The position numbers and the translations under genes were made by a program. Shown in pieces: positions 1 through 8,181 of a stretch of DNA of 64,000 nucleotides (its first letter is position 1; every line of letters begins with the position of its first letter). Location: positions 22,220-86,219 of the forward strand of contig JAFURC010000049.1 in NCBI GenBank assembly GCA_017472015.1, written 5' to 3'. The notes under the pieces were generated by a model. It was not told the origin of the DNA. It saw only the letters and a program-made list of their open reading frames with translations, and did not search any database. This DNA is from Bacilli bacterium (GTDB lineage: Bacteria; Bacillota_I; Bacilli_A; RF39; UBA660).

Positions 1-2
1 TA

Positions 3-380
3 AAAATTGATGCTCATTTAGAGTCTATGGTATTAGGTGATTCAGATGAAGTTAAAGTTGGAGATACAATTACAGCAATAGGAAATCCTAATGGAGATTT
101 ATCCTTTTCAAAAGCTAAAGGTAAAGTATTAAATGTAGATAAAGAATTATTAGATAAAATAGATAAAGAAAGAAAATATATATGGTATGATGGTGATGTA
201 ATTTCAGGATACTCAGGTGGACCTGTATATGATAAAGAAGGAAAAAACATAGGAATACTAAATACTAAATATGTAGGCGATTTATCAAAATATGACTTTG
301 ATAATTTAAGTGGAATTATACCTATTAATAGAGTAAAGATAGTTATTAACAATATTATTGATAGTAATCAATTAAATTAA
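3..380 (+). CDS. Trypsin-like (S1) serine protease, C-terminal part; 5' end lies outside the window
   Basis: Frame is open from the window edge; LGDSDEVKVGD, AIGNP and catalytic-Ser motif GYSGGPV. Confidence 0.6.
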   Translation, partial: KIDAHLESMVLGDSDEVKVGDTITAIGNPNGDLSFSKAKGKVLNVDKELLDKIDKERKYIWYDGDVISGYSGGPVYDKEGKNIGILNTKYVGDLSKYDFDNLSGIIPINRVKIVINNIIDSNQLN

Positions 381-395
381 TTGAAGGTTAAATTT

Positions 396-1667
396 ATGAT
401 AGAAACACCAAAGATCGAGGTAAATAATATGTTAGAAATTTATAATGATACTCATAAAAATTTATATATAATTAATAATAAACCAAGTGAAAATTTATTA
501 GATTGTTTAAATAAAGTAAACTCAAATACTTTAAATTTATTATATAATACATACTTTGATAAGAAAGTAAGTAAAGATAAAAAAATAAAACTTTTACATG
601 AAAAAATATTAAATAGTTTTAAATATTATTTAAATGATTTAGATACTTATCATGAATATGTATTTGAAAGTGATAATATATTTGATTATATATTAGTAAA
701 ATTTGGTTATATGTTTATATTTGAAGATAACAATAAAGAATACTATATTATTCCCAAAGAATTAAAAAAATTATATAAAGAAAAATATACAAAAGAATAT
801 AAAAAACTAAAAAGAGAAAAAGATATTTCTAAATTCATAACTAGTTATTTACTTTTAAATGGAATAATTGATAAAGATGAATTAATTAAAATAATAAAGA
901 CTTATCATATAAATATAACTTATAAAGAATTAGATAATTTTATTAAAGATAATAAAGTTAAAACATATAATAATTATTTAATATTATTTGAATATTATTT
1001 AGATTTAATAAAAGAAAAGAAAGAATTAGATTATATAATTTTAAAAGAATTTGAATTAAAAGAATATGCTATGTTTTATTTAAATTTTCTTAATGAATTA
1101 AAAATAATTCTTAAAGAAAAATATTTAGAATTTAGTTATAAAATATTAAAAACTAATAATAATTTATATCGCAAATTAGATAAACTTATTAAAGAATATA
1201 ATTTAGAATCTAAAGAAAAAGAATTAAAAGATTTATTTTATAGTTCAATTCCTAATCTTCGTTTTTGGTCTTTAAATGGAAGAACATCTTTAGAATATCA
1301 AGATGAACTTGTAATAAACTTATTTACTTTAGAAGAAAAACCAAGTAAAACAGATTTATATAGTTGTTTAAGTGAATTAAATGAAGAACTATACTCTGAA
1401 TTAGTTTATATTTTATTTGATGAATATATATTTGATAAGAATAAAGTAATTAAAGAAATAATTCAAACTTTTAAAGATGATGTAGAAGAAGATAGAGGTA
1501 TATTAAAACATTTAAAAAGTTATCATAATGAAAAAATAACTAAATACTTTGATTTTACATCAGTTGAATTTGGACATGCTTTCTTATATAGAGATAATAA
1601 TGATATTAAAGTTTTAATTCCTAATGAAATAATGGAAATAATAAATAAAAGATCAAAAACTTCTTGA
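396..1667 (+). CDS. Hypothetical K/E/Y/N-rich protein
   Basis: Long ORF; GAAGG RBS 7 nt before ATG 396 (track start 381 is TTG); no motif recognised. Confidence 0.5.
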   Translation: MIETPKIEVNNMLEIYNDTHKNLYIINNKPSENLLDCLNKVNSNTLNLLYNTYFDKKVSKDKKIKLLHEKILNSFKYYLNDLDTYHEYVFESDNIFDYILVKFGYMFIFEDNNKEYYIIPKELKKLYKEKYTKEYKKLKREKDISKFITSYLLLNGIIDKDELIKIIKTYHINITYKELDNFIKDNKVKTYNNYLILFEYYLDLIKEKKELDYIILKEFELKEYAMFYLNFLNELKIILKEKYLEFSYKILKTNNNLYRKLDKLIKEYNLESKEKELKDLFYSSIPNLRFWSLNGRTSLEYQDELVINLFTLEEKPSKTDLYSCLSELNEELYSELVYILFDEYIFDKNKVIKEIIQTFKDDVEEDRGILKHLKSYHNEKITKYFDFTSVEFGHAFLYRDNNDIKVLIPNEIMEIINKRSKTS

Positions 1668-1691
1668 AAAATAAATTAATTATGATAGAAT
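1664..1691 (+). promoter_or_regulatory. Candidate sigma-A promoter of a short upstream transcription unit
   Basis: TTGAAA (1664-1669), 16-nt spacer, extended -10 TGaTAGAAT (1683-1691). Confidence 0.4.
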
Positions 1692-1725
1692 TAATTTATA
1701 AGAATAAGAGAGGTAGTTGAAAAAT

Positions 1726-1836
1726 ATGGGTAAAATAATTTGCAAATTAACAGAAAAAAATTTCAAAAAAACTAAATATTTTTCAATCTCTAAAAATCAA
1801 GGAGTTGACTCTGAGTCAACTATGGGGGGGGTATAA
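1726..1836 (+). CDS. Candidate 36-codon small ORF carrying the G8 tract (MGKIICKLTEKNFKKTKYFSISKNQGVDSESTMGGV)
   Basis: ATG 12 nt after GAGAGG; lies between a promoter-like element and a terminator; below the ORF-track cut-off. Confidence 0.2.
   Translation: MGKIICKLTEKNFKKTKYFSISKNQGVDSESTMGGV
1824..1831. repeat. G8 homopolymer tract
   Basis: Eight consecutive G read directly; conspicuous in this AT-rich sequence. Confidence 0.9.
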
Positions 1837-1881
1837 GCCGCCAATTTTTAACTGTATTAGTTATAAGATTCGACAAATTTA

Positions 1882-1939
1882 GGTACAAAGAATGTGGTAA
1901 GATTACGGTAAGTCTTATCATCCTTTTTTGTACCTTTTT
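1882..1939 (+). terminator. Long intrinsic-terminator-like hairpin
   Basis: GGTACAAA (1882-1889) pairs with TTTGTACC (1927-1934); inner 7-bp stem GGTAAGA/TCTTATC; followed by TTTTT. Confidence 0.6.
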
Positions 1940-1956
1940 AATTTAGAATTAAGAAG

Positions 1957-1985
1957 TTGCAAAAAAGAAAAAGATATACTATAAT
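1957..1985 (+). promoter_or_regulatory. Sigma-A promoter for 2030..4063
   Basis: TTGCAA, 17-nt spacer, TATAAT. Confidence 0.55.
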
Positions 1986-2029
1986 TATTATAGTAGAGGG
2001 TCTGAGTTGAAATATTAAACGGAGGAAAT

Positions 2030-4063
2030 ATGAAAAAGAAAACAAAGAACTTAATATTAAGTATTGTAGTAACCTTAATATTATTACTAACATTTACAGT
2101 AACATATGCTGTATTTACTTACCAACAAACAGGTGAGAATAACCAACAGTTAGTACTAGGTGATATTTACATGCATTATAATGAAACAACAACAACGATA
2201 GACATTGATAACATGATGCCAATAAAAAAAGAAAGTTACGAAGTAGAAATAACAGATGAACGAGTAGAATTATGTAAAGATTATATATATGATACCTATG
2301 GAACAAAATTAGGAGATTATGGGATACCAATGTCTAATATGGTTGATTCTGGAAAAGTAAAATTTATGGCAATCGATGATGAATATACTAATACACATGA
2401 ATATTTATGTAAAAATAATTTGTTACAAGAAATAAATAATGGATTATTTACCCAAAAGGATATAAATTATTTTATTGAAATAGGATTAATAAAAAATGTA
2501 ATAGACAATATAAAAAGTCTTGATTATTTTGAATTTACAATTTCAGGAAAAAATACCAATACCAAAGGAGATATTTCGTATAGTATTCAACTAGCAGAAG
2601 GTGAAGAACCAGTTCAAGAAGGGGAATTAATCCTTAATAGAATTGAACCAAGTTTTTTAAGATTTCGTTTAACTGAAGTAAATGGATCAGAAGAGACTAT
2701 TTTAAAAGATAATCAAGTATTTACATCATTTGAAAATGCTAATTTATATACAAGTATAATTTCTAATAATACAACAAATAAAATTAGTAAAACATACAGA
2801 CTTTATATGTGGATTGATGAAAATGTTGTGATTGGTAATACAAGTGACGCTGATTACTCAATGGAAGATTGGGCTAATTTATATGCAAGTATAAAAGTTC
2901 AAGTCAATGGAAAATATGTAAAGACAGAACCTGAACCTTTAAGTGAAAAAATTAAAAGCAAATTAGGAAGTGAAGGAGTAGTAGCTGTTAATACTGATGG
3001 GGACTTATATGACGGAACTGGGGAAATTCGAGAATATCGCTACTCCGGACTAGGTAATTATTGTACTTATACAGATGGTGCGAATGATTATAAATTAAAT
3101 GTTGAGGATAATACTTGTCCGCAAACGGCATGTTCACTAATTGGAATGTTTGTAATTAATGGTAATAGTGAAGGAATTCTATTAGAAGGTGGTGGAAGTT
3201 GTACATCAATGGGAGGAGTAGAATTTAGTTTAAAAGATAATCAAACAACACCAACTGATTCAGGACTTCGTAATTATGTAGAATTTAATGGAGAACTATG
3301 GAGAATCATTGGAGTATTTGGGGATAATGTAAAAATAGTTAAAGATACCCCTTTAGCAAATGATATATACAATGAAGAAACATATACATCTGGGGAAACA
3401 ACATATAATTTGAAATTTACAACCGAAGGAACTAAATATGGTTATTTTATATATAAACAATTAAGTGATAATAGTTATAATAATGACTGGACAACTTCAG
3501 GAGTAATGCATTACTTAAATGATGAAACGGGAAATAGTTATTATGTCAACAACTTATCGAATGAAGCCAAGAACATGATTCAAGAAACAACCTATTATTT
3601 AGGAAATGTATCGAGAGGTATGATGAGTGGAAAAGATGTATACGAACAAGAAAGAGGGAATGTTGTATGTGATTCTTCAGTAACAAGTAATTCCGATCAA
3701 AATGGTTGTAATATATGGAATGGAAATCAAGAAAATTGGACAGGAAATATTGCTTTAATATATCCAAGTGATTTTATGTATTCAATGCCAAGTAATAATT
3801 GGGCTTCAGAAGATGATATGACACTTTTAACTGCTTTTAGAGAGTCATGGTTAAGAAATAGTGAAGCATTAGGATATTGGCTTTTGTCTCCATCGGCTCT
3901 TTATCCTCCATATGTGTGCAATTGGTCCATCATTGGTGAGGTTGGCGGCAGCAATGCTGATGATAGCTACGCTCTTCGTCCCAGTCTTAATCTAAAATCC
4001 AACATAATGGTAACATCGGGAGATGGAAGTTATGATAATCCGTATAGATTGATAGGAGCATAA
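2030..4063 (+). CDS. Secreted/surface protein with TasA/camelysin-like (SipW-type) signal peptide and C-terminal WLxSP...RPxL module
   Basis: GGAGG RBS; N-terminal K-rich region, TM segment, then TYAVFTYQQTGENNQQLVLGDI; C-terminal YWLLSPS...YALRPSLNL...GDGSYDNPYRL. Confidence 0.65.
   Translation: MKKKTKNLILSIVVTLILLLTFTVTYAVFTYQQTGENNQQLVLGDIYMHYNETTTTIDIDNMMPIKKESYEVEITDERVELCKDYIYDTYGTKLGDYGIPMSNMVDSGKVKFMAIDDEYTNTHEYLCKNNLLQEINNGLFTQKDINYFIEIGLIKNVIDNIKSLDYFEFTISGKNTNTKGDISYSIQLAEGEEPVQEGELILNRIEPSFLRFRLTEVNGSEETILKDNQVFTSFENANLYTSIISNNTTNKISKTYRLYMWIDENVVIGNTSDADYSMEDWANLYASIKVQVNGKYVKTEPEPLSEKIKSKLGSEGVVAVNTDGDLYDGTGEIREYRYSGLGNYCTYTDGANDYKLNVEDNTCPQTACSLIGMFVINGNSEGILLEGGGSCTSMGGVEFSLKDNQTTPTDSGLRNYVEFNGELWRIIGVFGDNVKIVKDTPLANDIYNEETYTSGETTYNLKFTTEGTKYGYFIYKQLSDNSYNNDWTTSGVMHYLNDETGNSYYVNNLSNEAKNMIQETTYYLGNVSRGMMSGKDVYEQERGNVVCDSSVTSNSDQNGCNIWNGNQENWTGNIALIYPSDFMYSMPSNNWASEDDMTLLTAFRESWLRNSEALGYWLLSPSALYPPYVCNWSIIGEVGGSNADDSYALRPSLNLKSNIMVTSGDGSYDNPYRLIGA
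3881..3990 (+). other. A-depleted, GC- and NNC-codon-enriched patch (candidate DGR variable region)
   Basis: Hand count gives 53/110 G+C and 19/110 A; nine NNC codons (tgc tcc atc ggc ggc agc agc tac ccc) in 36 codons. Confidence 0.4.
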
Positions 4064-4230
4064 ATGTTTCCTTGAGGGATTACTCCTCAGGAAACGGGTA
4101 AAAATTAAATACACGAGAAGAGTAAAAAAATATATAAAGTAAATTATAGACCTCCAAGGTGGGTTTACCCATCTTGGTAGGGCTAAATTATATGATCTAC
4201 TCCTTTGCGCAAATAAAATAGGAGTTGTGA

Positions 4231-4587
4231 ATGAATATAATAAAAATAAGAAAAAGTGGAACATTTTATAATGTATTTGATGATAATTGTTATATATTAT
4301 ATTTCTTTTTTAATTATAATATTAAAAATAATAAAGTTGGATTTCCTAAATCGTCTTTAAATAAAGTTATTAATAAACTTGAAGAATTTAAAATAAATTA
4401 TGAAGTAATTGGAGATTGTAGTAATAATTTTAAGAACTTAAATAAGTATTCTAAATATTTAAAATTAGGATTTGAAAAATATAATAAAGATATAAAATAT
4501 ACTAATATAATGGAAAAATTAGGTACTGTAAGTGATTTGAAATTAGAAAGAATATTAATGAATATTGAGGCAATACTTGATGAATGA
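4231..4587 (+). CDS. Small MutS-domain-I-like protein
   Basis: GTFYNVFDDNCY...KVGFPKSSLNKVINKLEEFKINYEVI matches the MutS N-terminal pattern GDFYExFxxDA...GIPxxxxxxYxxKLxxxGxxVAI. Confidence 0.45.
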   Translation: MNIIKIRKSGTFYNVFDDNCYILYFFFNYNIKNNKVGFPKSSLNKVINKLEEFKINYEVIGDCSNNFKNLNKYSKYLKLGFEKYNKDIKYTNIMEKLGTVSDLKLERILMNIEAILDE

Positions 4588-4753
4588 TAAATTTAAAATA
4601 GCTAGATATATTAAAGGTTTTATAATTATCCTTGATGATTATTTAGTTAATTATCCTAAAAAATATTTTGAACTTAGAAATAGATTAGTAAATGATAGTT
4701 ATGAATTATTAGAACTTGTATATCTTGCAAATTATATGAATGTTTTTGATTGA
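4580..4753 (+). CDS. Truncated four-helix-bundle (Avd / 23S-rRNA-IVS-protein-like) ORF
   Basis: FIIILDDYLVNYPKKYFELRNRLVNDSYELLELVYLAN resembles the N-terminal half of that family; about half the usual length; ATGAATGA overlap with the upstream ORF. Confidence 0.35.
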   Translation: MNDKFKIARYIKGFIIILDDYLVNYPKKYFELRNRLVNDSYELLELVYLANYMNVFD

Positions 4754-4978
4754 AGAAATGTTAGTTTGTTATGATTAATTTTAATTAAAGGATTTAGAGA
4801 AATTAAATAATTCTCAGTAGTCCTTTTTTCTTTTAATTTATTGTCATCCGCTTTTTATAATTTACTTTTGTAATTTAGGGAATTAAGAAATTTAATTTTT
4901 TTCTTATTTAATCTATTAAATTTAATTTTATTATTGTATAATCTAATTAAATAGGAAACTATTTAGAATGGAGGATAT

Positions 4979-6718
4979 ATGAAAAAAGAAAAAAAATTTT
5001 TATTCGTGTTTTTAATAGGTCTATTTTTATCTATTCCAAATGTTAGTGCATTAGTAGGACCAATAGAAAATACGGAGTCAATAATATTTAAACATAATAA
5101 TCAAGTACATGTCATTAAGGAAAGGAATTTATCATGTATACAAGGTGAAGAAGTATATTTTGAAGAGTTTGACTTATATGGTAATTTCTACTATGAAGTA
5201 GATGGAGAAATGGTAAAAATTACTAAAGATAATAAATGTGCTCCTGTGACAGCTGAAGATAAAATTAATATTAATCAGTTTAATAGATATCAATATGAAT
5301 TTGAAACAACTACTGAAGGTAAAGTTGTTATTAATGCATATGATAAAAGATATGAAGAAGCTTTTTATGAAACTATTGACACAGAAGTTAATAGTGAAAA
5401 AACATATTATACATTTGATGAAGATAATGTAGAAATGATAGAATTTACAGGTACTACTTTTGATCATGATGCTACATACTATGAAGTTGGATATGTTGTA
5501 ATGATAAAAGAAATAAATCAAGATCCAAATCTAACTTATTATGATCGATATACAGCATATGTTCCAGATGGAAAATTAATATTTAAAACAGTTCAAGAAT
5601 TTAACAAAGATAATTTTAATGATTATTATATTGTAAATAACAATGTAACTAAACCAGAGAAAACTATTGAAGTAAATCAAGAAGTTTTTAAAGAACTATT
5701 AAATGATCCAGAACTTGATTATTATGATATCCTAAATATAGGAGAAAATTACTATATACAGATGTCATTTACAAATAATGATGAAAAAGTATATGATCTT
5801 GATGGAAATTTACTATTTACTAATGGCATGGTTTATCCATTAGGAGATGATTTATATGCAATTACAAGTTTTGAAAATTATAAAACAGCAATATATAATA
5901 AAGATACAAAATTAATAGATGTTGATAAATATTCGGCAATGGTAAATACATATTATTCTAATTATTATAATTTAGGACTAGCAATGAAAATAAGTGATAA
6001 TCAAGAAGAATACTATTTATTAGTTCATCAAATTTATCATATTATTTCCGGAGAAAATCAAAAATATGATAATAAAGATTTAAAGTTTACTTTCAGTGGT
6101 GAATCAGAATTATTTCATAGAATTTTAATTAATGGTGAAGAAATTTCTAGTAGTAATTATGAAGTAGAAGATGGAAGTACCATTATAACTTTAAAAAATG
6201 ATTATTTAAAAACTCTTGAAAATGGAACATACAAATTAAAAGTAGAATATAAAGATGGAGGATATGTTGAAACTACATTTGAAGTTGAGATAAAAACTTT
6301 CAAATTAACTTTTGATGCTAATGGTGGAGTATTTAAAGATCAATCGAAAACAATGAATTATGAAAATTGGGAATTTGGAATGTTACTAATTCAAGAAGAA
6401 CCAACAAAAGAAGGTTATAAATTTACGGGTTGGTATACTGAAAAAGAAGGTGGTTCGCCCTTAGCAGCTGAACCAGTTATGACTGATGATATGATAGTTT
6501 ATGCTAGATGGGAAGAAGAAAATAATACTTCAGAAGGCAATGTTAGTGAGGAAGATAAAACAGATACTTCAAAAGATAATGATACAGAAAATAATGTAGA
6601 TACGCCTCAAACATTTGATCAATTTGCAACAAGTATTCTGATGACAACTATTTCATTGATAGGTTTAGTAGGTACAATAATGTATTTAAAAAAACAAATA
6701 AAGAAGGAAATTAATTAA
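4979..6718 (+). CDS. Surface protein with signal peptide, Listeria-Bacteroides (InlB B-type) repeat and C-terminal membrane anchor
   Basis: GGAGG RBS; signal peptide ending NVSA-L; FKLTFDANGG...PTKEGYKFTGWYTEKEG...MIVYARWEE; C-terminal hydrophobic stretch followed by KKQIKKE. Confidence 0.7.
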   Translation: MKKEKKFLFVFLIGLFLSIPNVSALVGPIENTESIIFKHNNQVHVIKERNLSCIQGEEVYFEEFDLYGNFYYEVDGEMVKITKDNKCAPVTAEDKININQFNRYQYEFETTTEGKVVINAYDKRYEEAFYETIDTEVNSEKTYYTFDEDNVEMIEFTGTTFDHDATYYEVGYVVMIKEINQDPNLTYYDRYTAYVPDGKLIFKTVQEFNKDNFNDYYIVNNNVTKPEKTIEVNQEVFKELLNDPELDYYDILNIGENYYIQMSFTNNDEKVYDLDGNLLFTNGMVYPLGDDLYAITSFENYKTAIYNKDTKLIDVDKYSAMVNTYYSNYYNLGLAMKISDNQEEYYLLVHQIYHIISGENQKYDNKDLKFTFSGESELFHRILINGEEISSSNYEVEDGSTIITLKNDYLKTLENGTYKLKVEYKDGGYVETTFEVEIKTFKLTFDANGGVFKDQSKTMNYENWEFGMLLIQEEPTKEGYKFTGWYTEKEGGSPLAAEPVMTDDMIVYARWEEENNTSEGNVSEEDKTDTSKDNDTENNVDTPQTFDQFATSILMTTISLIGLVGTIMYLKKQIKKEIN

Positions 6719-6738
6719 GTTTTTTTGAACCATAAGTA

Positions 6739-6767
6739 AAAGTAGAACCAATTCTACTTTTTATTTT
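6739..6767 (+). terminator. Intrinsic terminator
   Basis: AAAGTAGAA / TTCTACTTT stem, loop CCAA, then TTATTTT. Confidence 0.7.
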
Positions 6768-6842
6768 GCAATAAATTTTATATAATATAATGACTTTTCT
6801 TTAGAAATTTGCTACAATAGTAATGTTTACAAGGAGGTAATT

Positions 6843-8150
6843 ATGTTTGAAGGACTAGGAGAAAGATTACAAAAGATAGTACATAAAGCAAAAGGGTATG
6901 GAAAAATAACTGAAGAAAACATTAGTGAAATGGTAAGAGAAGTTAGAATTGCCTTACTAGAAGCTGATGTTAATTATAAAGTAGTAAAAGAATTTACTAA
7001 TCGTGTTAAAGAAAAAGCACTTGGAGAAAAGGTTTTAGATAGTTTAAAACCAGGAGAAGTATTTGTTAAAATTGTTAGTGATGAATTAACGGAATTACTT
7101 GGTGGTGAGTATAAAGAATTAAATATTAAAGGAGATCCAGCTATATTAATGCTAGTTGGTCTTCAAGGAAGTGGTAAAACAACAACTATTGGGAAACTTG
7201 CTAATTTACTTCGTAAAAAATATCATAAAAAACCAATGATGGTAGCATGTGATGTGTATCGTCCAGCTGCCATTGATCAGTTAAAACAAATTGGAAAAGA
7301 ACTTGATATCTTTGTTTATGAAAATGGACTTAATAATCCAGTTGAAACAAGTAAGGACGCAATTAAATATGCTAAAGATAATGGGTATGATTACGTTTTA
7401 ATTGATACAGCAGGACGTTTACATATTGATGAAGAATTAATGAATGAACTTAAAAATATTAAAAGTGAGGTATCTCCAGAAGAAATATTATTAGTAATTG
7501 ATTCTATGATGGGACAAGATGCGATTAATGTTATAAGTGGATTTAATGAAGCCATTGATTTAACTGGAGTTATTCTAACTAAACTAGATGGTGATACAAG
7601 AGGTGGAGTTGCCCTATCCGCAAGACATTTAACCAATGTTCCAATTAAATTCATGGGAACAAGTGAAAAAATGGATGGACTTGAACCATTTGATCCGAAA
7701 AGAATGTCAGGACGTATTCTTGGAATGGGAGATATTGTTAGTTTAGTTGAAAAAGCAACAGAAGCAATTAGTCAAGAAGATGCTGAAAACTCAATTAAAA
7801 AAATGCAAAAAGGTAATTATAATTTAGATGACTTTTTAAAACAAATGAAACAAATACGTAGTATGGGACCACTTGAAAATTTATTAAAGTTATTCCCAGG
7901 GGCTAGTAAAATGGGATTTAATAAAATCCAAATTGATCCTAAACAAGTTGCTCGTATTGAGTCAATTATTTTATCAATGACTATGGAAGAAAGGAAAAAT
8001 CCTAATATCATTAAGGCGAGTAGAAAAACAAGAATTGCTAAAGGATCAGGAGTAAGTGTAACTGAAGTTAATCGTCTTTTAGAACAATTTGAAAATTATA
8101 AAAAAATGGTTAAAAATATAATGAATGGTAATATGAAATTACCTTTCTAA
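6843..8150 (+). CDS. ffh: Signal recognition particle protein Ffh
   Basis: GLQGSGKTTT, DTAGR, TKLDGD GTPase motifs; Met-rich M domain. Confidence 0.95.
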   Translation: MFEGLGERLQKIVHKAKGYGKITEENISEMVREVRIALLEADVNYKVVKEFTNRVKEKALGEKVLDSLKPGEVFVKIVSDELTELLGGEYKELNIKGDPAILMLVGLQGSGKTTTIGKLANLLRKKYHKKPMMVACDVYRPAAIDQLKQIGKELDIFVYENGLNNPVETSKDAIKYAKDNGYDYVLIDTAGRLHIDEELMNELKNIKSEVSPEEILLVIDSMMGQDAINVISGFNEAIDLTGVILTKLDGDTRGGVALSARHLTNVPIKFMGTSEKMDGLEPFDPKRMSGRILGMGDIVSLVEKATEAISQEDAENSIKKMQKGNYNLDDFLKQMKQIRSMGPLENLLKLFPGASKMGFNKIQIDPKQVARIESIILSMTMEERKNPNIIKASRKTRIAKGSGVSVTEVNRLLEQFENYKKMVKNIMNGNMKLPF

Positions 8151-8181
8151 TAAATAAAAAAAATTAGTAAGGGGTGTTATT

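Noticed and set aside
4565-4579. Track start (ATG 4565) for the Avd-like ORF
   Set aside because: It lies inside the upstream ORF. The ATG at 4580 within the ATGAATGA overlap is the more economical start, and neither has a strong RBS.
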